Positions 1 through 13,132 are shown, counted from the stretch's first letter. The stretch: DNA of 64,000 bases from Octopus bimaculoides (GCF_001194135.2 NC_068983.1:81304621-81368620); one strand, 5' to 3'. The notes: a model not told the origin generated them from the letters alone. Numbers and translations: made by a program.

Positions 1-826
1 TATGCTCTGGCAATTTTGTCCATCCACCATCCTAATAATAATAACAACAACAACAACAAAAGAGATTCATGCCTGGAAATTAGTGATGACAAATCTTTTC
101 AAGTCTAGTGGCCTTGTAAGTAATTCTTGTAAAACAGAGTATGACAGATTTGCTACAACTCTCTTATTTAAGTCTTAGTTCCAATGACTCTTAATTACTT
201 GAAGATGGTGTTTGGTGCTACTCTTCATTCTTATTAGAAATGTTCCAGTCAAATATTTCAGTTTCCTTAAATCTCTAGCCCAGATACTTTCTTACTTCTC
301 TAATCTAGATGCTTTTTAATCATTAATCATGTTCTTTTCTTTTTTTTTTTCCTCTTGCACTGTTCTTGTGTCTTACAGTAAAATGTATGATATTAAATAT
401 CTTACTTTCTCTTTCTAAGTTCTTTCTCTTTCTAAGTTCACACTGAAATAATTCCACAGGATCTGACAAGTCACTTTCAATACAGCTTCTGGCGGATAAT
501 GGCATCATTTTTTTTCATCTACTTTAAATCCAAATTTCTTACTAAGCTTCTAGTGTATATTTTCCCTACATTGTCAAAATCTTCAACTGATTTCAATTAC
601 CCAGTAAAACCTCCCCATTTTCCCATCTACAGTCTCTGTCTTTAAAGAAACAGAAGACTGTGTTATAGTATTTAATTCCATTCTTTTACATTCTGACAAT
701 ATTAAAGTTGCTTTCCCTCTCAGTGGGATCAATAAAATATCAGTCAAATACTGACCTGAAATCAGTCAACTACAGCCCTCCCCTAAAAGCAAGAAGTCTG
801 GAACCAAAGTGGGTATCTTTTGAATT

Positions 827-1232
827 ACTCTTTTACTCTTTTACTTGTTTCAGTCATTTGACTGTGACCATGATGGAGCACTGCCTTTAGTCGACCAAAT
901 CGACCCCAGGGCTTATTCTTTGGAAGCTTAGTACTTATTCTATCAGTCTCTTTTGCCAAACCGCTAAGTTACGGGGACGTAAACACATCAGCATCGGTTG
1001 TCAAGCGATGTTGGGGGAACAAACACAGACATGCAAACATATACACACACATACATATATATACATACATACATACGACGGGCTTCTTTCAGTTTCCGTC
1101 TACCAAATCCACTCACAAGGCTTTGGTCAGCCCGAGGCTATAGTAGAAGACACTTGTCCAAGGTGCCATGCAGTGGGACTGAACCTGGAACCATGTGGTT
1201 GGTAAGCAAGCTACTTACCACACAGCCACTCC
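827..1232 (-). mobile_element. tRNA-derived SINE, family A (internal CA/TA microsatellite), near full length
   Basis: The minus strand begins GGAGTGGCTGTGTGGTAAGTAGCTTGCTTACCAACCACATGGTTCCAGGTTCAGTCCC (tRNA-like A/B boxes) and ends in a short-repeat tail (plus strand ACTCTTTTACTCTTTTAC). Highly similar to 6159-6580. Confidence 0.9.
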
Positions 1233-1316
1233 TACACCTATTGCAGAATTCCATAAAATAAAAAAGTTCTTGTTGAAACAAGACTGGAAAGCCTCTGGTT
1301 TATTTATATCTCTTAC

Positions 1317-1374
1317 GATATTGAGAAATTACAACTTCACATACTCTCTTCATCAATGATTTCATATTTTCATG
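1317..1374 (-). CDS. candidate internal exon (HENMKSLMKRVCEVVISQY)
   Basis: Minus-strand acceptor ttgtttcttatactgctAG, donor GTAAGA, 58 nt open frame. No homology recognised; could be chance. Confidence 0.2.
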
Positions 1375-2400
1375 CTAGCAGTATAAGAAACAATTCTTAT
1401 TTTTATCTAATCATTACAGGCATATTATAGATTGTCTGAAATAGTGGGATAGTTTGAAATGATGGTGTTTAGATCGATAGGAACGAGTTTCCATTGTCAC
1501 AGAGACACAGCGGCGATTGTGATGATTAGATGAGTGAAAACGAGGAAAGAGACACTGATGGTATTGATTATTATATTGATCGCATTAGAGAAGATGAAAA
1601 TGACTAGGATGTTAAAGAGTATTAGATGCAAGACTTAAACTTTAGAAGTATTCCTGAATTAATATCAAAACTTGAAAAGAAAGTAAAAAAAAAAAAAGAA
1701 ACAAAAAGACAAAGAAAATGTAGAGGATATGTTTTAAGATGTACACAAACATATGTATTATATCCAAACATATATGTACACATATTTGACAGTCTATTTT
1801 GTAGGAATAGATATGTAATAAGTGAATATGTATTCATCATAAAATAGAAAGAAAGATAAAAACACAAAAATAAGAGATGCTAATTAGATAAAGATCAACA
1901 AATTCAGCTCTGGTGTAAATTATTACGATTAAGATAATGATGTTAATCTTAACACTTTTAGTTTTCCACTTTATTTTTTTCAATTTTCCTGGCATTTACT
2001 TTTAGTAACTTCTGTTTTACCGTTATATCTTTTTGCTTTTTTGCTTAATTTCTATTTAGAACAAAATTTTGGTCGTATCTTTAATTTTTTTTTTTTTAGC
2101 TTCAGCTTATCAATACCATGTAATAGGAAAATGAGAAGAAAGAAATGTATTTAAAAGAAAAAAATATCTAATATAAAACTAAATTTTATCTATTTGCTTA
2201 TTTACATTAAAATTTTGATAATACTGAAGTGGTAAAGTTGTGAATAATTAATATGAATGCCAACCAAAAATTAATGGCTACATTACTTTTGCTGCATTCA
2301 GCTCTACTTGGGCAATCAATGCCAACATCATTACCTCCTCCTCTTCCTACTCCTCAAGGAAGCATTTTAAATTTTTCTCTTGTATAAATTCTTTATAGTT

Positions 2401-2586
2401 CTTTGAAGAAACTATCTGTTTGCTATTCTGCCAGGTATCGCTCCAATTTTTTCTTGGAGTAGGACCTAACAGATATGACAAGTTGAGAAGCTTCTTTGAA
2501 GATACTTTATGTTTACTATTCTGCTAAGTATTGCACCAATTCTTCTTGAAGTAGGACCTAGCAGATATGACAAGTTGAGAAGCTTT
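2401..2586. repeat. diverged tandem duplication, unit about 92-93 bp x2
   Basis: ctttgaaga...gtaggaccta(a/g)cagatatgacaagttgagaagctt occurs at 2401 and 2494, with a 1-bp indel between copies. Confidence 0.85.
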
Positions 2587-3065
2587 AACTTCAAAATATC
2601 CTTAAAACAGAGTATTGTACAATTAACATATATTTTATACGTGACATGTCCTTCTCGACAAAATATCAAATGCTAGAGTTGTGATCCTTCTAAGACACAA
2701 AATTGACTACTGATAACAAAAATGGAAGGCCTTACATAGCATATTATACCATACAATAGTTATTACAAGTCTTCAAGACATACAAGAGAACATTTAAGAT
2801 ATAAGCTATATTTTCTTTACAAACTTATGGAAAGGTTCCTGTATATATATTTTTGTTACTAAAAAAAAAACAAAGAGTTGATTGCTGATTCACCAATGAG
2901 AGAGCTCAACTTAGTATCATGAATGCTTACACAGTGTATACGAGTGACTATGAGTGTAGAAGAAAGAGAGAGGGGGAGAGGGAGAGAGAGAGAGAGATGC
3001 TTTTGAATGCAGAAAAACAATGTTACAGAATGATTTTGTTTTAATTTGCTATTTTGAAAGACACC

Positions 3066-3080
3066 TGTGTGTGTGTGTGA

Positions 3081-3113
<33 letters not shown>

Positions 3114-3147
3114 AGTGTGTGTGTGTGTGTGTGTGTGCGTGTGCGTG

Positions 3148-3181
<34 letters not shown>
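3066..3181. repeat. (TG)n microsatellite, imperfect
   Basis: Direct read; it generates the HT/VC pseudo-ORFs. Confidence 0.95.
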
Positions 3182-6158
3182 GTTGCATGTGCATGTGCAA
3201 CTTTTGTTGAGGGGATTCCAATACTGGAATTTATTCGCTTCACTGAAAGACGGAAATCAACAGGATTCAAACACAGACATCATCACTTATATTTTTCCCC
3301 TTATACAATTGGTTAAAATGCTTGAGAATAAAAGAAAGGAGGAAGAAAACACACATTTCTTTAAAATAACAACATTGCTAATAATAGGGGTAATTAATAT
3401 AATGATGATATTGATAATCTTCAATCATTATGATCTTCCTCCCCTACTTTTCAACATCATGGTCATTATCACCATCACAAAGAAAGCAAAGTACAAAATA
3501 GCAGCAACAGCAATGGTAGCAGAGAATTTATGAGCTCCAGTCACAGTATCAGCTGTTTAATAAAAGAGCAAAGCCACAAGTTTCCTTCAATGCATGTTTC
3601 CCTATGCATCCAATTTATCCTGCACTCTGTTCCAGCTGAGAAAACAAAACAAAAAGGGAAGAGAAAGGGAAAGGGAGAAAATAGATGGGAGGGGATTGTA
3701 GTTATGTGGTCATTTTGTCTGAGATTGTTTGTCTGGATAAACTGGCTGGTCAGCAGATTGAAGGAGAGATAAATAAATGTTGGGGGCAACAGTCAAAGAT
3801 ATCAATGTCATGGCAATTTGGCTCCTGCAGATTCAGAGAGAATATAGAAAGGGAACGGTCAAGAAAGAGGAGAGTTCAAAGACAGAGAGAGAGAGAGAGA
3901 ATATGAAAGAGGAGTAAGTGCAATAAAAAAGACAAAGTAAATAAGTAAGGGGGTAGAAAGAAATGGAAATGAGTAATAAAAAGGACAGTAGAAAAGACAT
4001 TAAGGCGAGTGTATGTGAAAAGTGTGTATCTGAAAGTGGTGGTAGAGGTGATCATATGGTTGACAGTCATGAGAGAAGGAGCTATAAAGGCTAATTCTCC
4101 TTTGGCTTTGCCTGCTTTTCTCTCTATCTTCACATTATGTTCAGTCTATCTCCATGTCAAACTGTCAACAAATAACCTCAATTATTGTAATCTCAGTGGT
4201 CAGTAGACAGAAAATAAACATGTCTAACAGTCAACTAATAGGCATATCCTTGTCCAGGCCATTAATGACCTCTATCATCATCGCAGTAATTTTTACAACA
4301 ATGATGAGAGCCACTACGACCACCCATACTACATCCAACAATACAACAAAGAGATTTACAAACGGAGAGCACACATCCCCTTCACTAAAAGCTTTAAGAT
4401 GAGAACCACCACCACTACCACAAACCCAGCCACTAAACAATGAGCCACTGCAACCTTCATTACCACCACCACTCCTTTAATAATGTTTAGTAGTATTGAC
4501 TATTAACGGAAGAACAAGAGAAAGAGATAGGGGGAAAGGGAGAGAGAAGAACAAAGGGGAGAGGTCTTTTGCAGCTCTCCATCTCTTGCTCCTTTCTTGG
4601 CCTATGGTGTTTGGTGCTTATTTTACCAAAGTAGTCGCAGATTGTTTGCATGAGGAGCGAAGTGTGTAATGGGGGTGTTCAGGGGGTGGAAAAAGGAAGA
4701 TATGTTTGGGACAATGAGTGAACTACATTAATCCTACCCAACCCACCCTTCTACCTTCATGGCTGACCATTCCGCACACACACTCCTCTTTCTTTTAAGG
4801 TGGTGTTAGTGTTATTTATTGGCACTCACGAATATAAGGAGGTGGAAGTGGAGATGTAGAAGGGAAGCAATGAGAAAGGGGGGGAAATCAGAACAGATAT
4901 GGTAAAAGTATGGGGAAATGGAGAGGAAGTCACCTGGAAAATGTAGAAAGGAGGAAGAAGAAATAAGATAGATTTCTGTCTTAGAGGGGGAATAATAGAG
5001 AGAGTTGAGGAAAGAGAAGTGAGAAAAAAGAAAAGTGGGGAGGAAAATGAGAGATGAAGAAAATGGGGATAGAGAGATAGGAGAGGTGGGGTGAGCAGAG
5101 ATACCAGAAAGGTAATGCAGAGAGGGTAGACAAACAGAGAAGTCTTTCCTACTTCAATCATCACAGCAATTAGGAGAGGAATGAAGCTGAGGCCAAGGAT
5201 TACAGAAAGGAAGAAAGGTCAACTAGTGACCAAGATTTGGAGGTTATTATTATATTGCTCTCTCTAAACACTTTCACACTCATATGAATAGTGTGCAACT
5301 AAATATATGCAATCACAGCAGAATCAGAAGAATGTAAGGTTCTTTAATAACATATGCACACTGGTTTATAGAGAATAGAAAGGCAGCAAATTAGGTATAT
5401 CCGATACTAAACATAGCTACAGTTTGCAGTGAAGGAGACAATAGCAAAAAGATAAAAAAAAAAATTGCAAGAGAAGCAGAAGTAAATAAGGAAAGAAATT
5501 GTGGAAAGCCAGAGTAAAAGAATGAGAAGAAATCATGGGAAAATGTAAAGAAGATACAAATGGATAAAGGAATGTTATGAGACTAAAAGGAAATATAAAT
5601 TAAAAATTGAAAATGATAGGGGAAATTAAAGAAAATATATTTCTCATAGATAAATATTTTGCTAAAAATTTTGAAAAAAATTGCAGCCGCATAATTCAAA
5701 ATTGAATTTCAAAACATAGGCTTTTAAAAAAGTTATGTATATTAACTGTGGTTGTCACTGTCAAGCAAGTACATGACTCGGTAGCTTGTACTATGTTCTT
5801 GCAAAGTGTTTTAGGCACCTGTCTTGTAATAAGCAGGCATAAACATGCTCCTGATGATTGGTACTTTCAAAGTTGACTTGGTTGAACACTGAAGATGTGG
5901 CTATTGGAAGGAGGCAGCGAAGTGGGGTAGCAGCATTCAGCAGGTACTCAAGGACATAATGCGTTACCTGCTCCAGGAATCAATGCTGCAATCTTATGCA
6001 AACATGACTTTGTACCTATTTACACACATACAAACACACACGAGCATATGTGTGTGTATTTTTCAATGTATAGAAATATTTTTGTACTAAATTCTTTCAA
6101 GTAATACACGGTGCAGCAAAAGTAATGCCCTTTTTGCATTTAATAACTTTTAGAGTAT

Positions 6159-6580
6159 ACTCTTTACTCTCTTTACTCTTTTACTTGTTTCAATCATTTG
6201 ACTGCAGCCATGTTGGGGCACCGCCTTTTTAGTCACGCAAATCGACCCCAGGACTTATTCTTTGGAAGCCTAGTACTTATTCTATCGATCTCTTTTGCCG
6301 ATCCGCTAAGTTACAGGGACGTAAACACACAAGCATCGGTTGTCAAGCGATGTTGGGGGGACAAACACAGACACAAACATATACATGCACAGACGTATAT
6401 ATATATATATACATACATATATACGACGGGCTTCTTTCAGTTTCCGTCTACCAAATCCACTCACAAGGCTTTGGCCGGCCCGAGACTATAGTAGAAGACA
6501 CTTGCCCAAGGTGTCACGCAGTGGGAATGAACCCGGAACCATGTGGTTGGTAAGCAAGCTACTTACCACACAGCCACTCC
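6159..6580 (-). mobile_element. tRNA-derived SINE, family A, near full length
   Basis: Same head, body and tail as 827-1232. Confidence 0.9.
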
Positions 6581-7074
6581 TGTGCTTATATAAATGTTTA
6601 TTAAGTAATTTTTTATTGAACACAAATTTATTGCATTACTTAAAGAAACGATATAATAAACTAATGAAAAAAATTGTAGAAGTTCTATGAAATAAAAAAG
6701 AAACTCAATTAAAAAATAGAAAACTCAAATAAAATACAAAAGAGTATTACTTCTGCCACACCCTGCATAGTAATTTTTTAATGTTTATGTAATATGTATT
6801 CCTTGTAAATGTGATATATACTTTTGTTCTTTTACACGTTTCAGTCATTGAACTGTTCCCATGCTGGGTCACAAGCACAAATGGCGTTTTTAATCTATTA
6901 TCTGCTGAAAAACACTTCAAGATTTTTCACAAGATATTCTGATGTTTAATTGTACAGAGCAAAATAGTTAATCATTAAAGTCACTAGAATGTAGGTGAAT
7001 AGACAACTCTATGATTGTTAGAATATATCTTGTAAGAATGAAAATAAAAAATGAGTAGATGAAGATGACCTTAC

Positions 7075-7103
7075 AGTTTGCGATTCTTGCAATAGAAAAG
7101 GGA
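7075..7103 (-). CDS. candidate 29-nt micro-exon
   Basis: Minus strand gttgtttttttcAG|tcccttttctattgcaagaatcgcaaact|GTAAGG; open in all three frames. Splice signals are the only support. Confidence 0.2.
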
Positions 7104-7794
7104 CTGAAAAAAACAACTTCAAGTATTCATGATATAAAGAAAATATCAACCATGTCAGGGTTAGTGACAGGAAGGGCACCCAGCTGTAAAGCAATACTTC
7201 GAAAATATATTCTATTTAACCCCGGCTAGCATGGAGGAAAAGGATGAAAACAAATGAATACATATGAATATGTGAATGTATATATATGTTCGCATGCTTG
7301 TATAAATGTAATGCAACAAAATGTTCTATAATAAATATAAAATAATGTGTTGATATATAAATTCACTACATCACACTTTATTTGCAGATTATCAAAATAT
7401 TTAGCAAAATTAAGAATGTAACATCTTATATAACTTTGAGTAATAGAAGAAAGATAGAGATTTTATCAATTTGACCTAGCATAAAAGACACATATATATG
7501 TACATACCATAACAAAGGAATCACAAATAAACATCTCAATTATCACGGTAACTCCACTCCTCTCTCTCTCTCTCTCTCTCTCTCCCTTTCTCCCTCTCTC
7601 ATACTTTCTCTGTTTTATTCATATAGTTGACTGAGTCAATAATTTGACTATGAAATTTAAATATACATTATAATGGTGTATAAACCTCTAAACTATGATG
7701 ATATTACTTGAAACTGTACCGAACAAAAAACATAACTAATAAAATACTTAAACTACAGAGAAAGTAAAGAGAAAATAGTGATACAATAGGCACA

Positions 7795-7960
7795 TGTGTG
7801 GCTGTGTGGTAAGAAGTTTGCTTCCCGACCACATGGATTTGGGTTCAGTCCCACAATGTGGCACCTTGGGCAAGTGTTTTCTACTATAGCCTTGGGCTAA
7901 CCAAAACCTTGTGAGTGGATTTGGTTGATGGAAACTGAAAGAAGCGCTTCATATATATAT
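7795..7960 (+). mobile_element. SINE family A, 5' half
   Basis: gtgtggctgtgtggtaagaagtttgcttcc...gtgagtggatttggttgatggaaactgaaagaagc then (TA)n. The matching 3' half lies at 8455-8655. Confidence 0.8.
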
Positions 7961-8006
7961 AAATTAAAAAGGGTGGCTCAATAGCAATTAGAATCTAGAG
8001 GCAAAA

Positions 8007-8377
8007 TTAATAGAGGTCACTAAAATGACAGAGGGTGTTGATTAGCATCGCTTTTGCTAAAGATATGAGTTAAACTAACTCAAATTTGCTGTTTATACTT
8101 TTGCTGTTTTGGAAATCACACATTTTCAATGTTTTTGTTTTTTTATAAGACTGACAGAGGTAGTCAAGTTTAACCCTAGGCATTAAAAGCCGATGAGGAG
8201 GATTGAGATGGTCAACATCAAAATTCAAAATCGCAATCTGGCTATATACACTGGGGACATACCCCCCTTTGTCAGTCACTTAAGACAGTGTGTTTGTGGC
8301 TTTGAGTTGGTTTAACCCTTGTCTTTAGCAAAAGCTGTGCTAGTTAGTACCCTGTGTCACTTTAGCGACCTCTATTA

Positions 8378-8378
<1 letters not shown>
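8007..8378. mobile_element. MITE-like element with 78-bp terminal inverted repeats bounded by TTAA
   Basis: 8007-8084 versus the reverse complement of 8301-8378 aligns without gaps, 13 mismatches in 78 (hand count). Ends read TTAA-TAGAGGTC...GACCTCTA-TTAA. Confidence 0.85.
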
Positions 8379-8445
<67 letters not shown>

Positions 8446-8454
8446 ATGCTTGTG

Positions 8455-8655
8455 TGTGTATTTGTACTCTCCCTCCACCACTTGACAACTGAAGTTGGTG
8501 TGTTTACATCTCCATAACTTAGTAGTTTGGTAAAAGAGACCAATAGAATAAGTACCATGCTTAAGAAGTAAGTGCTGGGGTCAATTCGTTCAACCTAAAT
8601 TCTTCAGGGTGGGTCCCCAGCATGGCCACAGTCTTTTACTAAAAAAAGTAAAAAA
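8455..8655 (+). mobile_element. SINE family A, 3' half
   Basis: ccaccacttgacaactgaagttggtgtgtttacatc...aatagaataagtacc...ccagcatggccacagtc matches the reverse complement of the family A 3' body. Confidence 0.75.
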
Positions 8656-9234
8656 AGAACAAAAAAAAGAAAAACTATAAAATGTAACCCTACTGACCTA
8701 AGCACACAATGTTTTAGTTGATATTCTCTTTGACTTACCACTTTTATTCTAAATCTTGATACTAAATATTTCATACTTCATTACAAAGTTAAATTACAAT
8801 AGTACAGAAAATATTTCTACAAACTGAATATATAATGACTATTAAAAATAAAAAAAATTACAAAAAAAAAAAGGAAGAAAATCAGTTTTTGAGTATTTAG
8901 ACTTCAAACATACTCTACAGGTGACTAGTAACTTTTATTTGAAATAATACTAAAAAAAGCGATGATGATGATGATGATGATCGTGATGGTAGTGGTAGTG
9001 GTGATAATGATTTCTAACATTGGCACAAGACCAGAAATTTTGCGGGAGGTTGTGTGTCTATTGAATTGACTCGCTGTTGTCAGAATGAAAGGCAAAAGCC
9101 AACTCTGATTAGCCTTTCAAGTGTAAATAATTTTTCAATCATTAACTCTTTATTTTTCGATGACATATGATGACAAAACCTGTCCTACTCTTAGTAAACC
9201 AAACTGTATTAAGATACGCATCTCACTTGATTAC

Positions 9235-9391
9235 CAATTGTATATTAGCTTGAGTGATGAATTTTGACACTTTCACTAATTCTTCAGCAGCTTCAATGTA
9301 TCTCAAAGAAACAAATGTATCAAATGTGTCTTTGTGGTATAAATTTAAGTAAAGAAGTGATAGTGTTCTAAAAATAACCACCCACCAATAA
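9235..9391 (-). CDS. candidate internal exon (YWWVVIFRTLSLLYLNLYHKDTFDTFVSLRYIEAAEELVKVSKFITQANIQL)
   Basis: 52-codon open frame. Acceptor ttttcaactttccatattgattaaacAG (alternative ttatttttAG starting 9367); donor GTAATC (alternative GTGAGA ending 9227). Protein-like composition, no firm homology. Confidence 0.35.
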
Positions 9392-10072
9392 CTGTTTAAT
9401 CAATATGGAAAGTTGAAAATTGTGTCTGTTTGGATGTCAACTAAACATTATTATAGAGCATTTGTAAAATAATGTAAGTTTGTGTTCTATGAGATGAGGT
9501 ACAATGTTTCCAAAAAGGTTTTCTATGAACTTTATTTTAGTTTTTATTATAATTTATTTTTTCTGATTATTACATGGTAGTGAGTTGGGAGAGTCAATAG
9601 AGTGTTGGATAGAATGCTTCATGATATTTGAACCAACTCTTTGAGCTTTGAGTTCAAATTTTATTAAGGTCAACTTTGTCTTTCAGCCTTTCAGGGGTCA
9701 ATAAAAAAGTACCAGCCTAGGATTGGCAGAATTGTTAAAACACCAGACAGGATTCTTTCTAACTCTGTGTATTCTGAGTTCAAATGCCACCCTGTTACTG
9801 GAAAATGGCAACTCTTCTGACAGGAGTTGTGACTAACAGGTGGTATCAGCAATTTGAAAAATCAATGGAACTGTACTCTCTTTGTTCAGTAAGAAAATCA
9901 ACCACTAGCACTGCTATATGGCAGCTTGATACCATTACTACAGTTTCCAGAGAAAATATATTTTAAAACACTTACTATTCATCATATGAAGTTATATCTG
10001 CAATAGTAACCAATTAATTTAGATAAATATTTAAAACATGGGAGGTAGTCTACAAATGAATGAGCTTTTAAT

Positions 10073-10232
10073 CCCTTTGTTACCATATTTTTTGCTAAAA
10101 TATGCATTCTCCATTTCAATTAAGTTTGAAAATAATGAAAATTTAATAAAATAACTGTGTTATTATTAAGCTGATGTTTGGTGCATAAATCAACATGAAA
10201 TTTTTAAGCAAGGTTTTAATTTGGATCACTTT
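10073..10232. mobile_element. truncated piggyBac-type MITE, type B
   Basis: Begins ccctttgttaccatattt and resembles the left part of 55032-55253; right end missing. Confidence 0.6.
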
Positions 10233-10568
10233 ATTTGTATTGTAGTACAATATAAATACAATATAAATAAAGTTTGTACTGTAGAATATGGGACAGTCTC
10301 AGGCAGGTCAGTACCAAAAAAAGTTAAAGTGTTAATTTAGAAACTGTGGAAATGGAAACCCACATTTCAGTCAATTCTTTCTCTGTGTGAATGTGTGAGG
10401 GGATGAGATGGTGGTGTGGTGTATGCAAAAAAAAAAGGATAAAAAGAAAGAGAGATTAAGATGCCACCTTGATTATCACAGATGAAGTGAAATATCAGAG
10501 CGTAAGTAAATTCAGTAAATACGAAAAGCTGTGAGTTTATCTGCAGATATCTTCTTTTGTGCACTTAC

Positions 10569-10595
10569 AAAGCTGAGAATAAAAGAGAAAGCTCC
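10569..10595 (-). CDS. candidate 27-nt micro-exon
   Basis: ttcttcgtttaccttcAG|ggagctttctcttttattctcagcttt|GTAAGT. In phase 2/2 it reads ELSLLFSAF and joins the 9391 exon in frame. Confidence 0.2.
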
Positions 10596-12461
10596 CTGAA
10601 GGTAAACGAAGAATTTTCTTTTAACTTTTAGCAAAACTGCAAGCAGCATGACATTGTGATGAAAATGTTTCCAAGTTGTGAGAAAGAACAAGAACAACCA
10701 AAAGCCATGATCTGTTCAGCTTGTGTCACACATGCTAGCAAGATGTGGCTATATTTACAAGAAAAACATTGCCCCNNNNNNNNNNAGAGACATATTTAGG
10801 CAAGCTGTAGGAGACCTCCCAAGGACTCAGTGGATGTTAAGAAAAGATGTTAAATCTCTACCAATTTTACATGCCTTGGCAGTGACTCAACCATGTACAA
10901 TAGATTCTTATATACTTCCAATTCTATTCATAAAAGTGCATTTAACCAAAGATTTGCAAAACTTTGATATAAATTTCTCAAAAACAATATCTTGGGAAGC
11001 AAATTTTTCACTAAAATGTAGAGACAGCAAAAGAGGAATGTTTTCAAAAGTCTTTAAATTTACTGCACAAATTTCATTTGATTTTCTTATTTTACATTAC
11101 CAACTTTATGACGATGGATATAAGGATTGAATCAACAGTCATTATAGGAAATTCTAAACACTAGAGAATGTTCGAACATTTAAATTATAAGAATGCGCAT
11201 AATTTTTTATAGCAATAATGGTTTTATTAATTAAAAACAAGATTTTTCAGAATTACCTATAAATAGTAATGGCGTCAAATTCTGGCACAAGGCCAGCAAT
11301 TTTGGTAGAAGGGTTTGTGAATAATATTGACCCCTGTACTTGAGTGGGATTTGAATCAGATTGTAAAGAGCTGGAGGCAATGGCACTAAGCTTAAGTCTA
11401 ATGCACTAATGATTCTATCAGCTTGCCATCTGACCTACAAGGTAATGATACTATATACCTAGAAATGTACACTCCGATTGTTTTTTTGTTGCTGCCTTTT
11501 CTCACAAACAAACTTATACTTCTGATAAAGAACTCAAAAAGAAATTACAGAAAGGTGTATAATTATGTCTAGATCTAGATAAACAGAACTTCATATAAAT
11601 CATGGAATCTTACTTGATATTGTGAAAGAAATGCAGTAGTTACAATTTAACTTTCAGTAAATTCCAGAACAGCTGAGGCTATACAGACTTAACTAAACAG
11701 GTGTCTCAACTGATCTTCAAGTAATTAAAGGTATGGAACATTTCTCAAAGTGTGTTCATGTTAATTAATACAGAATTCTTTGAGCTTGAACTGAACAATA
11801 TTGAAAGGTAATTAATCAACTTTTGTTTCTGTTTTAGATCTAGAAATTCCAAGAAGTGCACAAATATCAGCAGTTATAGCTTTATTATAGAATATTTTAA
11901 ATTCCAGTTGCTCAGCTATAATGTGAAAATGACTACTATTTTCCAGCTGAACAAAGAAATGTTTCTGAGAATTTGATGCAGTACCTCTTGAAAAACTTGT
12001 TCTAGGTACATAGAGTTGTGGAGAAGGAGAAATGGGTAAAATGTTTTTATAAAGGTTGTGTAAGATGAGGCAGAAAGATGATGGTAGAAAGAAAAGAGAT
12101 ACATAGGCTGGATTTAGTAGGTGACAATTTCAGAAGAGTAAAAACAACTGAAGAACCTCTAGAAAAAACAAAACAAAACACAAACTAATAAGGCAGTGGT
12201 TGTGGTTGTAGAGCATTGGCATGTGAAGGTTTGCCTTAAAATGGGAGCTGTTTTTTCTTCTATTTTTTCTTTTTATTGCAATCAAGAATGTGAATGCATG
12301 TAATGAGTGCACCAAGCATGTTGTGTAAATGGTATTATCTCCCATCTAATATGAAAATAGATGCAATAGTTTCACTATTTGCATAACATTCAATAAGTAG
12401 CAACACTACAGAACCAAACACACACACAGACGCACATGCGCGTGCACACACACACACACAT

Positions 12462-12494
<33 letters not shown>

Positions 12495-13081
12495 TACATG
12501 CACATGCATACATACATACTCACAGATGCACATCCACCTCAACATCTGCTCCACAAAGACTGATTAAATCAACCATGCATGCATGAAAATAGACACATAA
12601 ATATGCACACACTGGCATTTACATGCACCACCTACCAAACCCGCCACACACACACACACACACACATATGTGCACAAATACATATTCATACATAAAAGTC
12701 TGAATAATTTCTATTCAATAAGGCATCAACTAAATCTTCAGTAGTTGACTGAACACACACGTACATATCGTAAACTATATAAACACACTTCAGTATCATT
12801 GATCTAAGATTTCAATAAGGTAGTTGGGCATATACTCAAAAAAACACACACTTACATATAATGTGCATGCGTGTGCATGTAAGTGTATGCATGTGTACAT
12901 GCACACAACCAACTCCATTCAATAAGAAACTGACTACATTTTCAAGATGATGAATTAATAAAAAGCTTCACAAGAATAAACTATTTTCCATAAGTTTTTG
13001 TATTCTTTCTTATAATAGGATGACTCCTGAGACACAGAATTATAGACATCTGTATTGAGTCATTGAAGAAATGCTATCACT

Positions 13082-13132
<51 letters not shown>

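Noticed and set aside
1440-1610. Acidic stretch resembling a piggyBac transposase N-terminus
   Set aside because: Multiple stops, no catalytic-domain sequence and no TIR nearby.
2859-3533. His/Thr and Val/Cys-rich ORFs
   Set aside because: Translations of (CA/TG)n microsatellites.
3430-3625. Strong minus acceptor and a TM-like peptide (TIAVAAILYFAFFVMVIM)
   Set aside because: The frame from the strong acceptor stops, there is no convincing donor, and the sequence is low complexity.
11660-11980. Plus-strand in-frame exon chain with apparent GT-AG introns
   Set aside because: The implied introns are only 43 and 30 nt, implausibly short for this kind of genome, and the frame ends in a stop.
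11916-12104. Minus ORF resembling a channel pore helix (SYTTFIKTF)
   Set aside because: It lies in a pyrimidine-rich tract, has weak splice sites, and is in the wrong order for the polycystin hypothesis.
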